Below, piece after piece: positions 39,629 through 52,850 of a DNA stretch of 64,000 bases; the first letter of the stretch is position 1, and every line of letters begins with the position of its first letter. Position numbers and translations under genes: made by a program. This DNA is from Octopus sinensis (taxonomy: Eukaryota). The notes below the pieces were generated by a model that was given only the letters and a program-made list of their open reading frames with translations, was not told the origin of the DNA and did no database searches. The DNA lies in contig NC_043012.1 in the NCBI RefSeq assembly GCF_006345805.1, forward strand, positions 55,738,001-55,802,000, written 5' to 3'.

Positions 39629-39939
39629 ACGAACTGTGAAATAGTTTACAGAATTAGATGGGATCGTTGATTGTTAAAAGTTAAAAGTATGAAATACTTT
39701 TTTAAAAATGGTAAACATGGGTTTGGGCGAACAAAATAGCATTTCGCTTCTTGATAACGAAAATAAATAAATAAAATATATACAAAAAAAAAAAAATGCA
39801 TCTGAACATCTGACATGAGATTTCACAGTCTCAGAAGAATTCTAGAATATATTCTTTGGCAGAAGTCGATAAAGTGAAGCATTAATAGAACTGCAGGTTT
39901 ACCATTGGATAGTCAGTCTCATGCTTGCTTGCATAGTTA

Positions 39940-39971
<32 letters not shown>

Positions 39972-40309
39972 ATAGGTGTATATACTTGTAAGTATATATG
40001 TATATATATATACGTATATATATGCATGTATATATGTGTGTATATCTATAAATATATATGTATGTATACACACACACACACACACACACATATATAGTTA
40101 GTTAGACAGATAGATGAATAGATAGGTAGATGACAAGTGTCTTGACGAGATATAAATTTGTCATTGATGTAATTGATGTAATTCCGCGGTAGTAAAAATA
40201 AAATAATGAAATGCTTTACTCTATGTATTGAGTTCGTTTTTACCCCCCCCCCCCCACGTACAGATGCTCATATACATACACACGGATACATATTCACACA
40301 TACATAATA

Positions 40310-40341
<32 letters not shown>

Positions 40342-40344
40342 CAT

Positions 40345-40377
<33 letters not shown>

Positions 40378-41005
40378 CATACATACATACACACACACAC
40401 ACACGTACTCATAACTATCATATACAAATATGGTGATGTATTCGGGTATCATATGATGAGGTAAAAAATAGTCGCAGGACCACACACAACACTCTACAGA
40501 GCGAAGGGAAACAAGGTATTCCCGAAAGTTACGTTTCTTTTCGATTTCCTTGTAGGTAAGACAAAAAATAAACCCATGAACGTCACAACATCAATTTTTT
40601 TCCGATTGGTTGACAGCACTGACAACAAAACATGTCATTTGATTTTCCATTGTTATTTAATTGTATGGAGTTATTTCTTTGTGTTTTTCTTTTTTGCTTT
40701 TGTTATGATACAGCACAGTTTCTTTCACACACACACATACATATATCATACATACATGAATAATATATATATATATATATATTGATATTGACATTGATAT
40801 ATATGTACTCACATTCGGACATCCACACATATTTACCTGTATGTAAATATACTCACACATATCCATATACAGACATTTATACGCCAAAAAAGTTTCATTT
40901 ACGATGTATAAAAAAAAGCATCGATGTATACATGTATAAAGAGGAATACATACAAACATACAGATAGATTAAATACACACCACACACACACACACACACA
41001 CACAC

Positions 41006-41050
<45 letters not shown>

Positions 41051-41145
41051 ACGCATATATGTACAGTCGCGTACATGTTTATAAATATGAATATGTATAT
41101 ATATATACACCTGTGCGTTTGTTATATATACGTGTGTGTGTATAC

Positions 41146-41212
<67 letters not shown>

Positions 41213-42744
41213 GTGTGTGTGTGTGTGTGTGTGCTGTGGTGTGTGGTGTACACCTGTACGTATATATATATATGTGTGTGTATACGTATATGTATATATA
41301 TAGATATACAAACATACATACATGCATACATACATTCACAGAATATACATATGTCTATCAAATATAAACTAATCGATTAAAGATGTACATATTCCGCGTA
41401 TATCGATCGATATTTAAAATAATGAAATTATGAATAATAAACGAAAACAAGTGAGTTCTAATCAAATTCTTCAAAAATTTCTTCCAAATCAGTGACTTCT
41501 CCCTCCCTTCCCCCAAGTAATAATAATTTAATAAAATATATTATATAAATTAATTACAGTCATCGACACACACACACACATAAATATTTAATATTTATAT
41601 TTAAAAAAAATCATTGTCGAGGTACATTTTCCCCCACTTCCTTTAAATTAACCGAAATTAAAAAGAAAAAAAAAGTTTTTCTTTTTCTTTCTGTCTTATT
41701 TTTCCTGTTTCTTTTTTGTTTCTATTTTTTTTTTTTGCAATTTTTCAAAGCAAAATGAAGAGAGCGAGTTATAAAATAATAATATTACCTGTTGTACTGC
41801 GAAAACTAGCAGCACCACCCTTACGTGTGTATCCAAGCCGGTAAGTACTGACAAAGAGAAAGTTGGCAACTCTGTAAGTGTATGCCTGCTGGTTCTACCC
41901 CTTCCTCCCCTGCTTCGACAGGCGAAAACGCACAGTTTCGCCTAAACGGGGATGTAGCATAAATTCTCTGGATTCAGATTGGTGGTTCGCGTAATGTGAG
42001 AGGCAAAGTTGGGCGATGACGGAACACAGCTACCAAACTATCTTTCTTTTACCAGACATAGTTTCACGAGTTTTATTTTATTTCTTATTTTTTGGGTGTT
42101 TTTTGTATTTTTTTTTCTCATTTTTCTTTTCGCTTTTAGCTCTCTCACACAGGCCTGCCTAATTTGGCAACAGAGTGTGGAACAGGAGACTGACTTCACA
42201 CAAGCTCTCAGATAACACAGCCTTTGCCGTGCTATATAATATTATATCTTCCTCACAAGAAACACCTATGAGGAAAAAAGAAAAAAAAGAGAAAAGAAAG
42301 AAACTAAGAAACTGCGGCGAAATTGATAATGAGACTGATTCGCGATGCATACTGCGTTACTAAAGAGTGAACATATCTATGAGATCACTCATTCTGCAAG
42401 AAATAGCAGTCAGATTTCCCTCGAATTACACTATTACTTGCCTCGTATAAGAAAATTAAAAAAAAAAAAAATTAGAAAGATTTATACAAAAAAATACAAG
42501 ATTTATACAAAAAAAAACCCCAACAAAAAACAGGAAGGATCTAAATTCGGATGATATGATGTGATGTTGGATGCACTTTTCCTGTAAATCAAAGACAAGG
42601 ATGACAGCAGGGATGGTGCTGGTTGGAACGTCTTTAATCGTATGGGTCTGTTCCACAACCAAGCTGACCGAGACCTAAACAACAACAACAACAACTGCTG
42701 TAGCAGAAGCATCAATAACAACAACATCAGTAAATTGCAACAGA

Positions 42745-42800
<56 letters not shown>

Positions 42801-43153
42801 TTATATATATAGGAAAACAGCAACAAACAGCAGCAGAAGTTCCTTTGCTTGTAGAGAGAAAACTTACTAGAAAATACGATGAGTGACTGTATTTCTAGAG
42901 GAACTACCACTATTAGTAGGAACTTGCGAAAAAAAAAAAACAAAAACAAGAAGAAAGAAAAAAACCCCACACAACACAACAAACAAAACAGAAATTATCT
43001 TACGATGCCAAAGTTTTATTTCTCGATCGACTTCCACCACCGTTATAAACAGTTGGGTCAACATTCGTTGCAACGTTTGATAAGCTTTTCGCCCGCTTCC
43101 CCTCTCTGCCCAAAAGTAGTTTTATCATTTTGATTATTATTATTATATTATTA

Positions 43154-43201
<48 letters not shown>

Positions 43202-43322
43202 TGATACATACTATTTACATACAACTTACTTAATACGGGTATATTTAGATTTAGTGTTGTAAAAAGTTTACGCACACATACATACGCATACACACATACG
43301 TGTTATACATATACATATATAA

Positions 43323-43413
<91 letters not shown>

Positions 43414-43460
43414 GATATACACATATATATATATTATTTAAATATATATGTGTGTGTGTA

Positions 43461-43507
<47 letters not shown>

Positions 43508-44325
43508 GTATGTATGTATGTGTGTGTGTGTGTGTTTGCGTTAGAAGTACTCAATACATGAAGTCGAGTTTACACATTGGAAGCTGGTGGTTCATTCCTT
43601 TGCTGCTGAGAGTTTTTCATAGGAGTGTTAGTTCAGCCGCATACTCGGAGTAGCGACAGAGTGAGTCATCAACTTCGCATATATATATATACACACACAC
43701 ACACTCAAAAAGCAGATGTGGGTGTCACTTTGCGTCTCAAGGAGAGGGCCCAGATAGTCAAAGAAAAGCTTTTGGATATATGTATGGTTCTTCATTACCC
43801 CTCCTCCCAAAAAAAAACCCAACAAACAAACAAGAAAGAATCTTTTCCTGCTCCTTGAACTTCGCGAGAGGATTCGTCCCATCCAAATCCTCCGGATGGT
43901 TCCCCGTCCGAGAAAGCACCCAGGTTCCATCTTGCAATGCTTTTCTTGGATCCTCCGTTTGTTAATACATAGAATTGTATTTGGATTTGCACATCTGTAC
44001 CCCACCCCCAAACACACACATACATACATACACACACTCACTCACTCACTCACACACATACTATACTATACACACATACTATAAGCATACGAATGCGCAC
44101 ACATACACAAACAGAGAATACTTACACATGCATACTAAAAGCGGACCCCATTAAAAGAGACAATACAGAAGAAAAAGAAAACGCATACATACGTACATAT
44201 ATCGATCAATCGATCCATCATCCATCGATCGATTGATCCATCCATCCATCCATCCATCCATCCATCCATCCATTCGTACATACATACATAAATGCATGTA
44301 CACACATATGCATGTATACATAAAT

Positions 44326-44542
44326 TCGAAGGGTTGCTGAAATGTTCCTGACTTTAAGGGTACCGCGAAAGATCTTGCTGGAGGCCCAGCCTTCTGAGTT
44401 CTTTTACAGGGCTTAGAAAAGCTTAAGGACCGCTGCTATAAGTGTATGAATCTGTGTGTGAAATATGCTCAATAAAATCATGATTAACTGATCCTCCTGT
44501 ATTTTCTTTTACTCAAAGCCGGGAACTTTTCGGAACCCCATG
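44326..44542 (+). mobile_element. Mariner-derived MITE retaining the transposase C-terminus
   Basis: Imperfect TIRs (GAAGGGTTGCTGAAATGTTCCTG and CGGGAACTTTTCGGAACCCCATG). Frameshifted interior QPSEFFY/GLEKLKDRCYKCMNL. Confidence 0.65.
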
Positions 44543-44566
44543 TATATATACATGCATACATACACA

Positions 44567-44862
44567 TATCACGTGATCACGTGACCGACCAGACCATCAG
44601 ATGTTGTTACACATCGCTGGTCACAATGCGTTCGCATTGTTTTAGCCTTCGAATGACGCCACTCCGCTGGCTAAGGGAGCAGGTCAACAGAAGAAAGAGT
44701 GGTGAAAGAGTACAGCAGGGATCACCACCCTCTGCCGGAGCCTCGTGGAGCTTTTAAGTGTTTTCGCTCAATAAACACTCACAACGCCCGGTCTGGGAAT
44801 CGAAACCGCGATCCTGCGACCGCGAGTCCGCTGCCCTAACCACTAGGCCGTTGCGCCTCCAC
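44567..44862 (-). mobile_element. SINE with family C head and a different 3' body
   Basis: First ~175 nt match 58602-58986, then the sequence diverges. Confidence 0.75.
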
Positions 44863-45515
44863 ACATACACATATATAGATACATATAACCAAGTTATGAA
44901 CAGATCGTTACCTGGATGGATCAACGTGAGCCGTGTATACCTTGTTTCACCAAAACCTTTGTCATGGCCGAAGACGAAAATTTATTCTATTAACAGAAGT
45001 TAAAACTGTTCCCATAAGGAGAAGGTTTGGCGTTTATGCTTAAATACTTGAACCGAATCCAAGAGGTACTGAGAGACCTGGAGTAGTAATAAATGGAGTA
45101 CATCAGGAACAATTTTAGATCCTGTTTTGTATCTTATACTGTCAGACATATTGTCAGAGAAAAGAGTATATATATATTACGATTATTAACGAATAGTATA
45201 GCACTCGATTAGTTAAGAGAGTAAAGATATTACTATAATAAAAACTACAAAAAAAAAAACCTTGTGAAATATAGCTACTCAGAGTTTCCTGATCAAAATA
45301 TAAATTTATTTCTCCATTTATTAAGCTAGTGAAATCAGAACGGTTTAGTAACTGCGTTCGGACGAACAAATGGCGGCATGCGTCGAACGCAGATGCTAAA
45401 TCGTCTTGTTGCTTTTACCAGCTTGATAAATGATGATATAAATTAGCATTTCGGATAGAAAACCCTGAGTAGCTGTATCTCACGAAGCATTTTGTGGTTT
45501 TCAATAATAATAATA

Positions 45516-45554
<39 letters not shown>

Positions 45555-45556
45555 CG

Positions 45557-45934
45557 CTTTTACTTGTTTCAGTCATATGACTGCGGCCATGCTGGAGCAC
45601 CGCCTTTGGTCGAGCAAATCGACCCCAAGACTTATTCTCTCGAAGCCTAGTACTTATTCTATCGGTCTCTTTTGCCGAACCGCTAAGTTACGGGGGACGT
45701 AAACACACCATCATCAGTTGTCAATCGATGTTGAGGGGACAAACACAGACACACACACACGCACACATACAATATATACGACGGGCTTCTTTCAGCTTCC
45801 GTCTACCAAATCCACTCAGAAGACTTTAGTCAGCCCGAGGCTATAGTAGAAGACACTTGCCCAAGATACCACGCATTGGGACTGAAGCCGGCACCATGTG
45901 GTTCGTAAGCAAGCTACTTACCACACAGCCACTC
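45557..45934 (-). mobile_element. SINE family A, nearly full length
   Basis: Reverse complement aligns to 4214-4631. Confidence 0.9.
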
Positions 45935-46773
45935 AATAGGCGAACAATAATTGTATCTAACAGAGGCACAATACCATAAATTGGGAGAGAAGAATTAGTC
46001 AATGGCCATCAATCTCAGTACTTGATTAGTATTATATTTTATCATCCTACTTCAGAATGGTGAGTGGTATAGCTAATTTTCATGGGATTTGATCCCAGAA
46101 GAGAAAAGCCAAAAAAAAGATACGGTAGGATATCTTTTCTTTTTTGTAATTTTGACGCTCAAATGATTCTGTCATTCCCTCGCCCGTGATTAGTCGAATA
46201 ATATGTCGTTGAACGCTACAAAATTATATTCCTTCAGTCACGGACGAAATTCAATCCTGAAACGCTCTCTGTCGATGTCAAACAATGAACGGTAAATACC
46301 AATCAAGAACTGGGGTCAATCTCATTGACTGGCTCCCCTCGCCCAAAATTTCGGGCTTTTGCCTAGAGTAAAAAAAATAAAAAAATTCAAAACATGTTCT
46401 TGTTGACTTGGACATGAATGTCTCATGATATATCTTTTTTAAAAACATTCACGGTCAGTACACAATCTGCCGAGTGACAGGGTACGGTGAACATTTTTAT
46501 TTTATGTTCAGTGACAGGGTACGGTGAACATTTTTATTTTATGTCACCCGACAGTAATGATGGCACGCATTCTGACAATACTTTATTTCAAATAGCTACC
46601 TACACCTTTGGTCTTCTCGTAGAAGCTGAACACGTATCTACCAAATGGAGAGACTGCAAAAGGATAAAAAAAATCCACCGAACCAGTAATGAAAACCATA
46701 TTGCTTGAACCAGTGGAAACGCCCCTCCACAAAGTACACCTCTACTCGCTGGAACGTTGAAATAAACGCTACA

Positions 46774-46819
<46 letters not shown>

Positions 46820-46823
<4 letters not shown>

Positions 46824-47009
46824 TAGAAATGGTAAGACAACAAAAGAATGAAAGAGACCTCGATATTATGAAAATAGAGGATTTTATCTGTAAATGTAAT
46901 ATGTGACAATTATTCGGTAGCCATGATAAAACTCCGAGTTTCCACCCCGACATCCGAAACCCGGAGCTTTATCAGGGCTACCGAATAATTGTAACATATT
47001 ACATTTACA
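46820..47009. mobile_element. Penelope-like fragment with a 54-bp fold-back
   Basis: Arms 46889-46942 and 46956-47009 (50/54 match), 13-nt loop, adjacent to (TA)n. Superfamily is inferred. Confidence 0.55.
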
Positions 47010-47158
47010 TATATTTATATATAGTCTACTTTTTGATGCCACCTCATAATTGAGGGCCTCGAAATGCCAAACTGTTGCTGTATGGATTCCTCTATCAAAT
47101 TTTTCGATATAACCGTACACATTCTTATTCTTCTCTTTCGTTTATTTTTGTATATTTT

Positions 47159-47943
47159 GAGAAAGCGACCGGATCCGTGGAGCGCAAAGAACTGGATTCT
47201 TCATGATGACAATACACCGTCACCGAGCTCTCCTCATTCCTGAGTTTCTCGCAAAAAAACAACATAATATCGCTTCTGCATCCGCCCTATTCGCCATATC
47301 TGCAGACCTCCAGCTCTTCATCAAGATGAAAACGCAGCTCAAAGGTCGCCATTTTAACACCGTTGTCAAGATCAAGAGCGAATCGCAGAAAGTCATCGAC
47401 TCGCTTAATGAAAAACGACTTTGTTGAAAAAATAAAAAAAGGGGACGTATGAACGTTCATTTTAAAGGCAGGAAACGAAAGGAAAGGTCACGGTTTCGCA
47501 TCGCAGCGAAACTAGAGGTGGTTTTAAGATTAATTGTAAAATGTAATTGTAAAGTTAATTGTAAGGCTTAATCAGAAAGTGTGTTTCTAAAGTTTAATTG
47601 TAAAGGTATTTACGGTTCGTCTCGCAGCGGGGGGGGGGGAGGGGGGGCGAGATGACCGTCCCATTTGCATCATAATTATGTTCATTTCATTATCATTCCA
47701 TTCGTCTTTATGTCCCCGCATGTCAGTTGTATGTCCCTCTATATTCAGGCCTTGTGCCTATAATAAAGAGAAATACTGGAAAATGACTTCCGGGCTGGAT
47801 TCCAAAAGTGGCAGGAACGCCGGGACCGGTGTGTTGCTATGCAAGATGATTATTTCAAAGGAGATGATGTAAAGACTTAGATAAATAAGTTATTTTTTCT
47901 ATTAAACATAACTAATTCTGGAACTTTTTGATACTATCTCGTA
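47159..47943 (+). pseudogene. Mariner transposase 3' remnant with 3' TIR, split by a ~350-bp insertion
   Basis: Frameshifted WILHDDN...HPPYSP...KTQLKGRHF, resuming at 47779 with ENDFRAGFQKWQERRDRCV. Ends ...TTTTTGATACTATCTCGTA. Confidence 0.85.
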
Positions 47944-48232
47944 CGTTTTCTGATCAATAATTATGCGGACTGTTACCATAGTAACAAAGTCAAAGCACAC
48001 AGAGTAAAGCTGCATGGCACAGATTAACCTTGAATTCTGCTGTGTATGCGCACTAAGTTTTAACATTCTAGCTCAATTCCGCTGTTTATAGGAGTGCTTG
48101 GAAGGAAGGTGTGTAGCGTGTGATCGTCACATTGACCATGACAGAGAACGTTGAGCTGAGAATCTGCATCATATTTTGCCAAAAGCTCGGCGATACCTGC
48201 TCAGAGGCCTAAGCAAAGTTTTCAAAAAGTTT
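47944..48232 (+). mobile_element. Mariner 5' fragment
   Basis: 5' UTR plus MTENVELRICIIFCQKLGDTCSEA. Homologous to the opposite-strand copy. Confidence 0.75.
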
Positions 48233-48810
48233 TCATCGTTCTCGACACCATCAAGAAGATCTTGACCCGAGTGCATTCTTGGTCAGCTGAAAGCAGTTTT
48301 GGCACAAACTTGGCAGACATGCATCTCATAACCAAATCTTCAGTGAATGGACTGAACTGAACCGTAACTAATCTGCACATCCTCTGATAGCTCATGGATG
48401 GTGATTCGACGATTTTCCCTCACAGCTGTGCGCACTTCTGCAATGTTTTTTACTGTTCTGCTGGTTGCGGGTCTCCCAGAACGTTCGTCAATATCAACAT
48501 TTTTTCGGCCATCTTAGAAACGCCTGAACCACTCTTACACTTGTGTACGGCTCATACACACCTCTCCATGCACTTTCTGTAACTTTGCATGGGCCTCTCA
48601 GTAGGTATCGCCATGACAGCTTCCTCTGTCATGGTCAATGCGACGACTATACGCTAGATACGTCCATTCCAAGCTCTGCTGTAAACAACGGAAGTGAGTT
48701 AGAACGTTAAAACACAGTGCGCATGCACAGCAGAGTTCAAGGTCAATTTTTGTCGAGTGGCTTTACGCTGCGTGCTTTAGCTTCGTTACTATGGCAACAG
48801 TTACTTCGTT
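48222..48810 (-). pseudogene. Mariner transposase N-terminal remnant
   Basis: Minus strand EWFRRF..GRKNVDIDERSGRPATS...RENRRITIHELSEDV...SAKFVPKLLSADQ (HTH region and WVP-equivalent motif), with stops and frameshifts. Confidence 0.88.
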
Positions 48811-49193
48811 ACTATGACGACAGAGTGTTTTTCGAAATTAACCAAAATTTCCACTGAGATCTATAAATGCCATCTAAACACATTTCCCCCAACAAACTAC
48901 AGTAAAGTAGCACCCAACCATTCGTTAATCCAGTAATTATAGATTCCAAAAATACATGGAAAAAACTCCACCAAACGGTCCTTTTAACGTCACCTTATCT
49001 AACTTCACTCGCGCCTTTGAAGCACATTAAGGTTTTTAAAGGCGTCTACAAACAAAAATCAAACTTTGTTTTGTGTTTGAACTTAAAGATATTTGCTCTA
49101 AAAACTACGTAGCTCGTTCTTGTTTAAATTATGCAAATTAACTAAGCCATAAATGTGTTCTGCTCCTTCTTGAATAAGTCTAAGTTCTTAGTT

Positions 49194-49281
49194 TACTGGA
49201 GATAAGGTAATGCAATTGTCGTGCTGATGATGGTTATCGAGTCAGAAACACGTATCCACGACTGTCCTCTTATTTCCAGTA
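49194..49281 (+). ncRNA. Candidate type I hammerhead ribozyme (minimal stem III, extended stem I)
   Basis: GTCGTG-CTGATGA-TGGTT(ATCG)AGTCA-GAAA-CACGTA-TC-CACGAC. Distal 13-bp helix 49194-49206 with 49269-49281. Predicted cleavage after C49256. Confidence 0.65.
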
Positions 49282-50848
49282 CTTTTCCCTAATGGTGTGT
49301 CAATTAGGAGAATTGTTGATTCTTGAGATTACTTGTCCTTCTCATTTGGAGCTGGACTTAAATTGTCATTTAGTAATAATGATGCATCCACGAGAGGCCG
49401 GGATAATTTTAATAAATCTAGATTTTAAGTTGTATGATATTACATATACTCCCGCCCATATATACAAATATATATACGTGTGTGTGTGTGTGTATGAGAG
49501 ATAGAGAGAGAGAGAGAGAGTGTGTGTGTGTTTATGTGTGTACACATAGAGCCAGACAGATATGTGTTTGTAATCACGTTCATGTATGTATGTATGTATG
49601 TATGTATGTATGTATGTTTGTATGTATGTATGTATGTATGTATGTATGTATGTATGTATGTATGTGAAGGTGAGTAGCTTCGTTTTTAGGGTATTGGATT
49701 CATGGTCGTTAGGTCGTGGATGCAAATCTGAGATGGGGCGGTGCATTTATTTCCCGTTGTTCTAATCCACTCATCAGAAAATTTGTAACATCTGCAACTA
49801 GGAGTTAACCCTAGGAAGGACTTGCGTCTTTTCCCGATGAAGGCGTCGCACTCACGATCGGGAAATCGAAGTTTCGATTTTCAGACCTGTTGTACGTTGT
49901 GTTTTTTTGAGCACAACACTTCATTTCGCGTTGCTTCAATCTTCTCAGTTGTAAATGGGTAACATTGCGATGGATTGATGTACAAGAGTTGAATGACGAC
50001 TCAGGAAAACCACCCAAACGGGGGTCACGCGAGCCACGTGTTGTATTCGGTGATCGGAACGATGAACAGTACAACCCATACTGTGAATCCCGACTGATTG
50101 CGATTGGTTGTTTAACCATGTCAAGGGTCAATTAATCATAAGTCGGAACGTCTTATCTTCTAATTTCAGTCACTCAAACGCATCGGAAACCTCATACTAG
50201 CCCTATCCTCATTAGTCCATAGCACGAGGCAAGCTTCCCTTTTTCAAGCGCCAGTATTAGAGACCCTGAAAAAATCCAATAGGATCATGAGTAATACATT
50301 TTAGTCGCCAACAAAACAAAAGAAAAAAGTGTCTATTACGAGAATATTTAATCTCTTCTGGGATTCGATCCCTAGAATCGGGACAAGCCAATTAGACAGG
50401 GCAGAACACTGACTACAATGGTCCTCTGCATGGCGTTCTTTCTGTTTCCATCCGCCTTAGCTATGATATTATGTCGAAAATGCTTTCTAGAGTAATAACC
50501 CAGACCCATTGTGATTAGATCAATAGAAGGTGGTTCATGAATAATTGACAATAGCAAGAGACACGGTGGATTCATATCAATGAACATGTGTCACTAAATT
50601 CGATATATCTAAATACGTTTGACCTTGTTACGAAGACATTGCCAAGCTAAAATTCTCCATATGCAAATAAAATAACAGAGCGCGTACGATAAGTGGCAAG
50701 TGGTTTGAAGAGAGAGAGGAAGTAATTAGTCAATTCATAAGCTGTGTAATGCTTTCTCTAATTTTCTTTCCTCCTGATTCTATGTGACACTCAGAACAAT
50801 CTTAATGATTTCGATTATAAGTTACCCGAGGGGTGTGTGTGTGTGTGT

Positions 50849-50886
<38 letters not shown>

Positions 50887-51080
50887 TGTGCCCCACTTTC
50901 GATTACCTACCGGTATGTGACTTTGATCGATATATTTTTGCTTGATATTTTCTGATGCTCGTATTTTACTGCATATATATACAAACACTGCAACCATGTG
51001 AATTTTTTATATGCGCTTCAATTATACATATTCTTCAGTTCTTGTTCGTATTAACGTTTCTGGAACTCTCTACAGTAACA

Positions 51081-51287
51081 TTTCGTTTTTGGATTTGGTT
51101 TGCAAGATTCTTATTTGAGTTCGTGTGTTGAAGCATATTCTGTTGTGTCTGGGGAGAGTCATTTTCTTTTTGTGCCTTATAATGTAATTTTAGGAAAATA
51201 AGAATAAGAAATAAGTGGGAATTTTACCGGTGAGTGTGTTACATTATAAGGCACAAAAAGAAAATGACTCTCCCAGACACAACAGAA
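51081..51287. mobile_element. Penelope-like insertion with internal inversion and 12-bp TSD
   Basis: TCTACAGTAACA at 51069-51080 and 51288-51299. The second half is the same family inverted, with ~50 bp duplicated. Confidence 0.8.
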
Positions 51288-51497
51288 TCTACAGTAACAG
51301 TTAATTGAACATGTGAAACATGCGGGCACACTATGCTACATGGATTTGATATATAACAAATTTGAAACCTAAATCATAAATCATAATAAATCATCTTTAA
51401 TCATTATATTGGATTATGCTCATCACTTCAAACGATTCTCTGAAAATTGCAGCTGACGAAGTCAAGAAGAATAGGTTGCATGAATATGTGACATACG

Positions 51498-51528
<31 letters not shown>

Positions 51529-51652
51529 CCACACACACACAAACACACACAAACACACAAACACACACACACCGTCAATGAGGGGGTTAGACCAAGAAGA
51601 GAGCTCCTTCATAATCGCTTAATTTGCTGAAATAGTATCCAAATCTTCCTCA

Positions 51653-52028
51653 GGCGCAGGAGTGGCTGTGTGGTAAGTAGCTTGCTTACCAACCACATGG
51701 TTCCGGGTTCAGTCCCTACTTCGTGGCGCCTTGGGCAAGTACATTCTACTATAGCCTCGGGCCTACCAAAGCCTTGTGAGTGGATTTGCTAGACGGAAAC
51801 TGAAAGAAGCTTGTCATGTGTATGTGTGTGTATATATGTTTGTGGGTCTGTGTTTATCCGCCCAACATCGCTTAACAACCGATGCTGGTGTGTTTACGTC
51901 CCCGTAAAAAGAGACCGATAGAATAAGTACTAGGCTTACAAAGAATAAGTCCTGGGGTCGATTTGCTCGAATAAAGGCGGCGGTGCTCCAGCATGGCCAC
52001 AGTGAAATGACTGAAACAAGTAAAAGAG
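51653..52028 (+). mobile_element. Full-length SINE family A
   Basis: Aligns with 4214-4631. Confidence 0.92.
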
Positions 52029-52191
52029 TAAATTATGCCACTATCTTTTATCTTAAAAAAAAAAAATTTTGAAGCTTGATAGTTACTCTGTCGGTTTTTT
52101 TTGCCAGACCGCTAAGTTACAGGACGGAAAACATACCACCACCGGTTGTCAAGCGGTGGTAGGGGACAAACATATACACAAGGACTCCCTT

Positions 52192-52256
<65 letters not shown>

Positions 52257-52431
52257 CTCTCTCTCTCTATGTGTGTGTGTGTGTGTGTATAGACATAGCG
52301 GCCCTTTTCCTGCTTCCGCCTACGCACAAGGCTTTGCCCGGTCTGATCAAGAATGAGATGGGAAACTATCTATCCATCTTCCCCACCCCCACTGTTCCTG
52401 GGCGTGTCGTGTGTGTGTGTGTGGGGGGGGG

Positions 52432-52850
52432 GGTAGAATCTTCAGGCATCTCCTCCATAGGGTCTTATCAGAAGCAGCTGTCATTAGACTTTCCGGATGG
52501 ATTCCTAAGTGTGACCAGCTTAGACTAAGGACACTATCCAACCATCACATTCTTTGGTTTAGCCCTAGGTCTCCTGTTGGTTGGCTCGGTTTGAAGAATT
52601 CGTGTTGCTATTTTTTCCTGCGACATCTAATCACATATCCTTTGTGTCGGGGCTATGGCCCCTCGATGCACCGAACTGGAGAGACTCCCCGATCGTTGAG
52701 CTACTCAAGGGATCCTTCGAAGGAATTCGATTCCGACTGCTTCTATTTGCGATCGTATTCTTTCGATCATTATTCGACATTCACGACTAGGACTAAGGAT
52801 GTCGACAGGCACAAAAACCGAATTGATGATGGCAGCTCCATAATATAAAT
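52432..52850 (-). mobile_element. RTE-clade LINE 3' remnant
   Basis: Across frameshifts: LYGA...IRSQIEAVGIEFLRRI...RILQTEPTNRRPR...WLDSVLSLSWSHLG...AASDKTLWRRCL. Confidence 0.75.
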
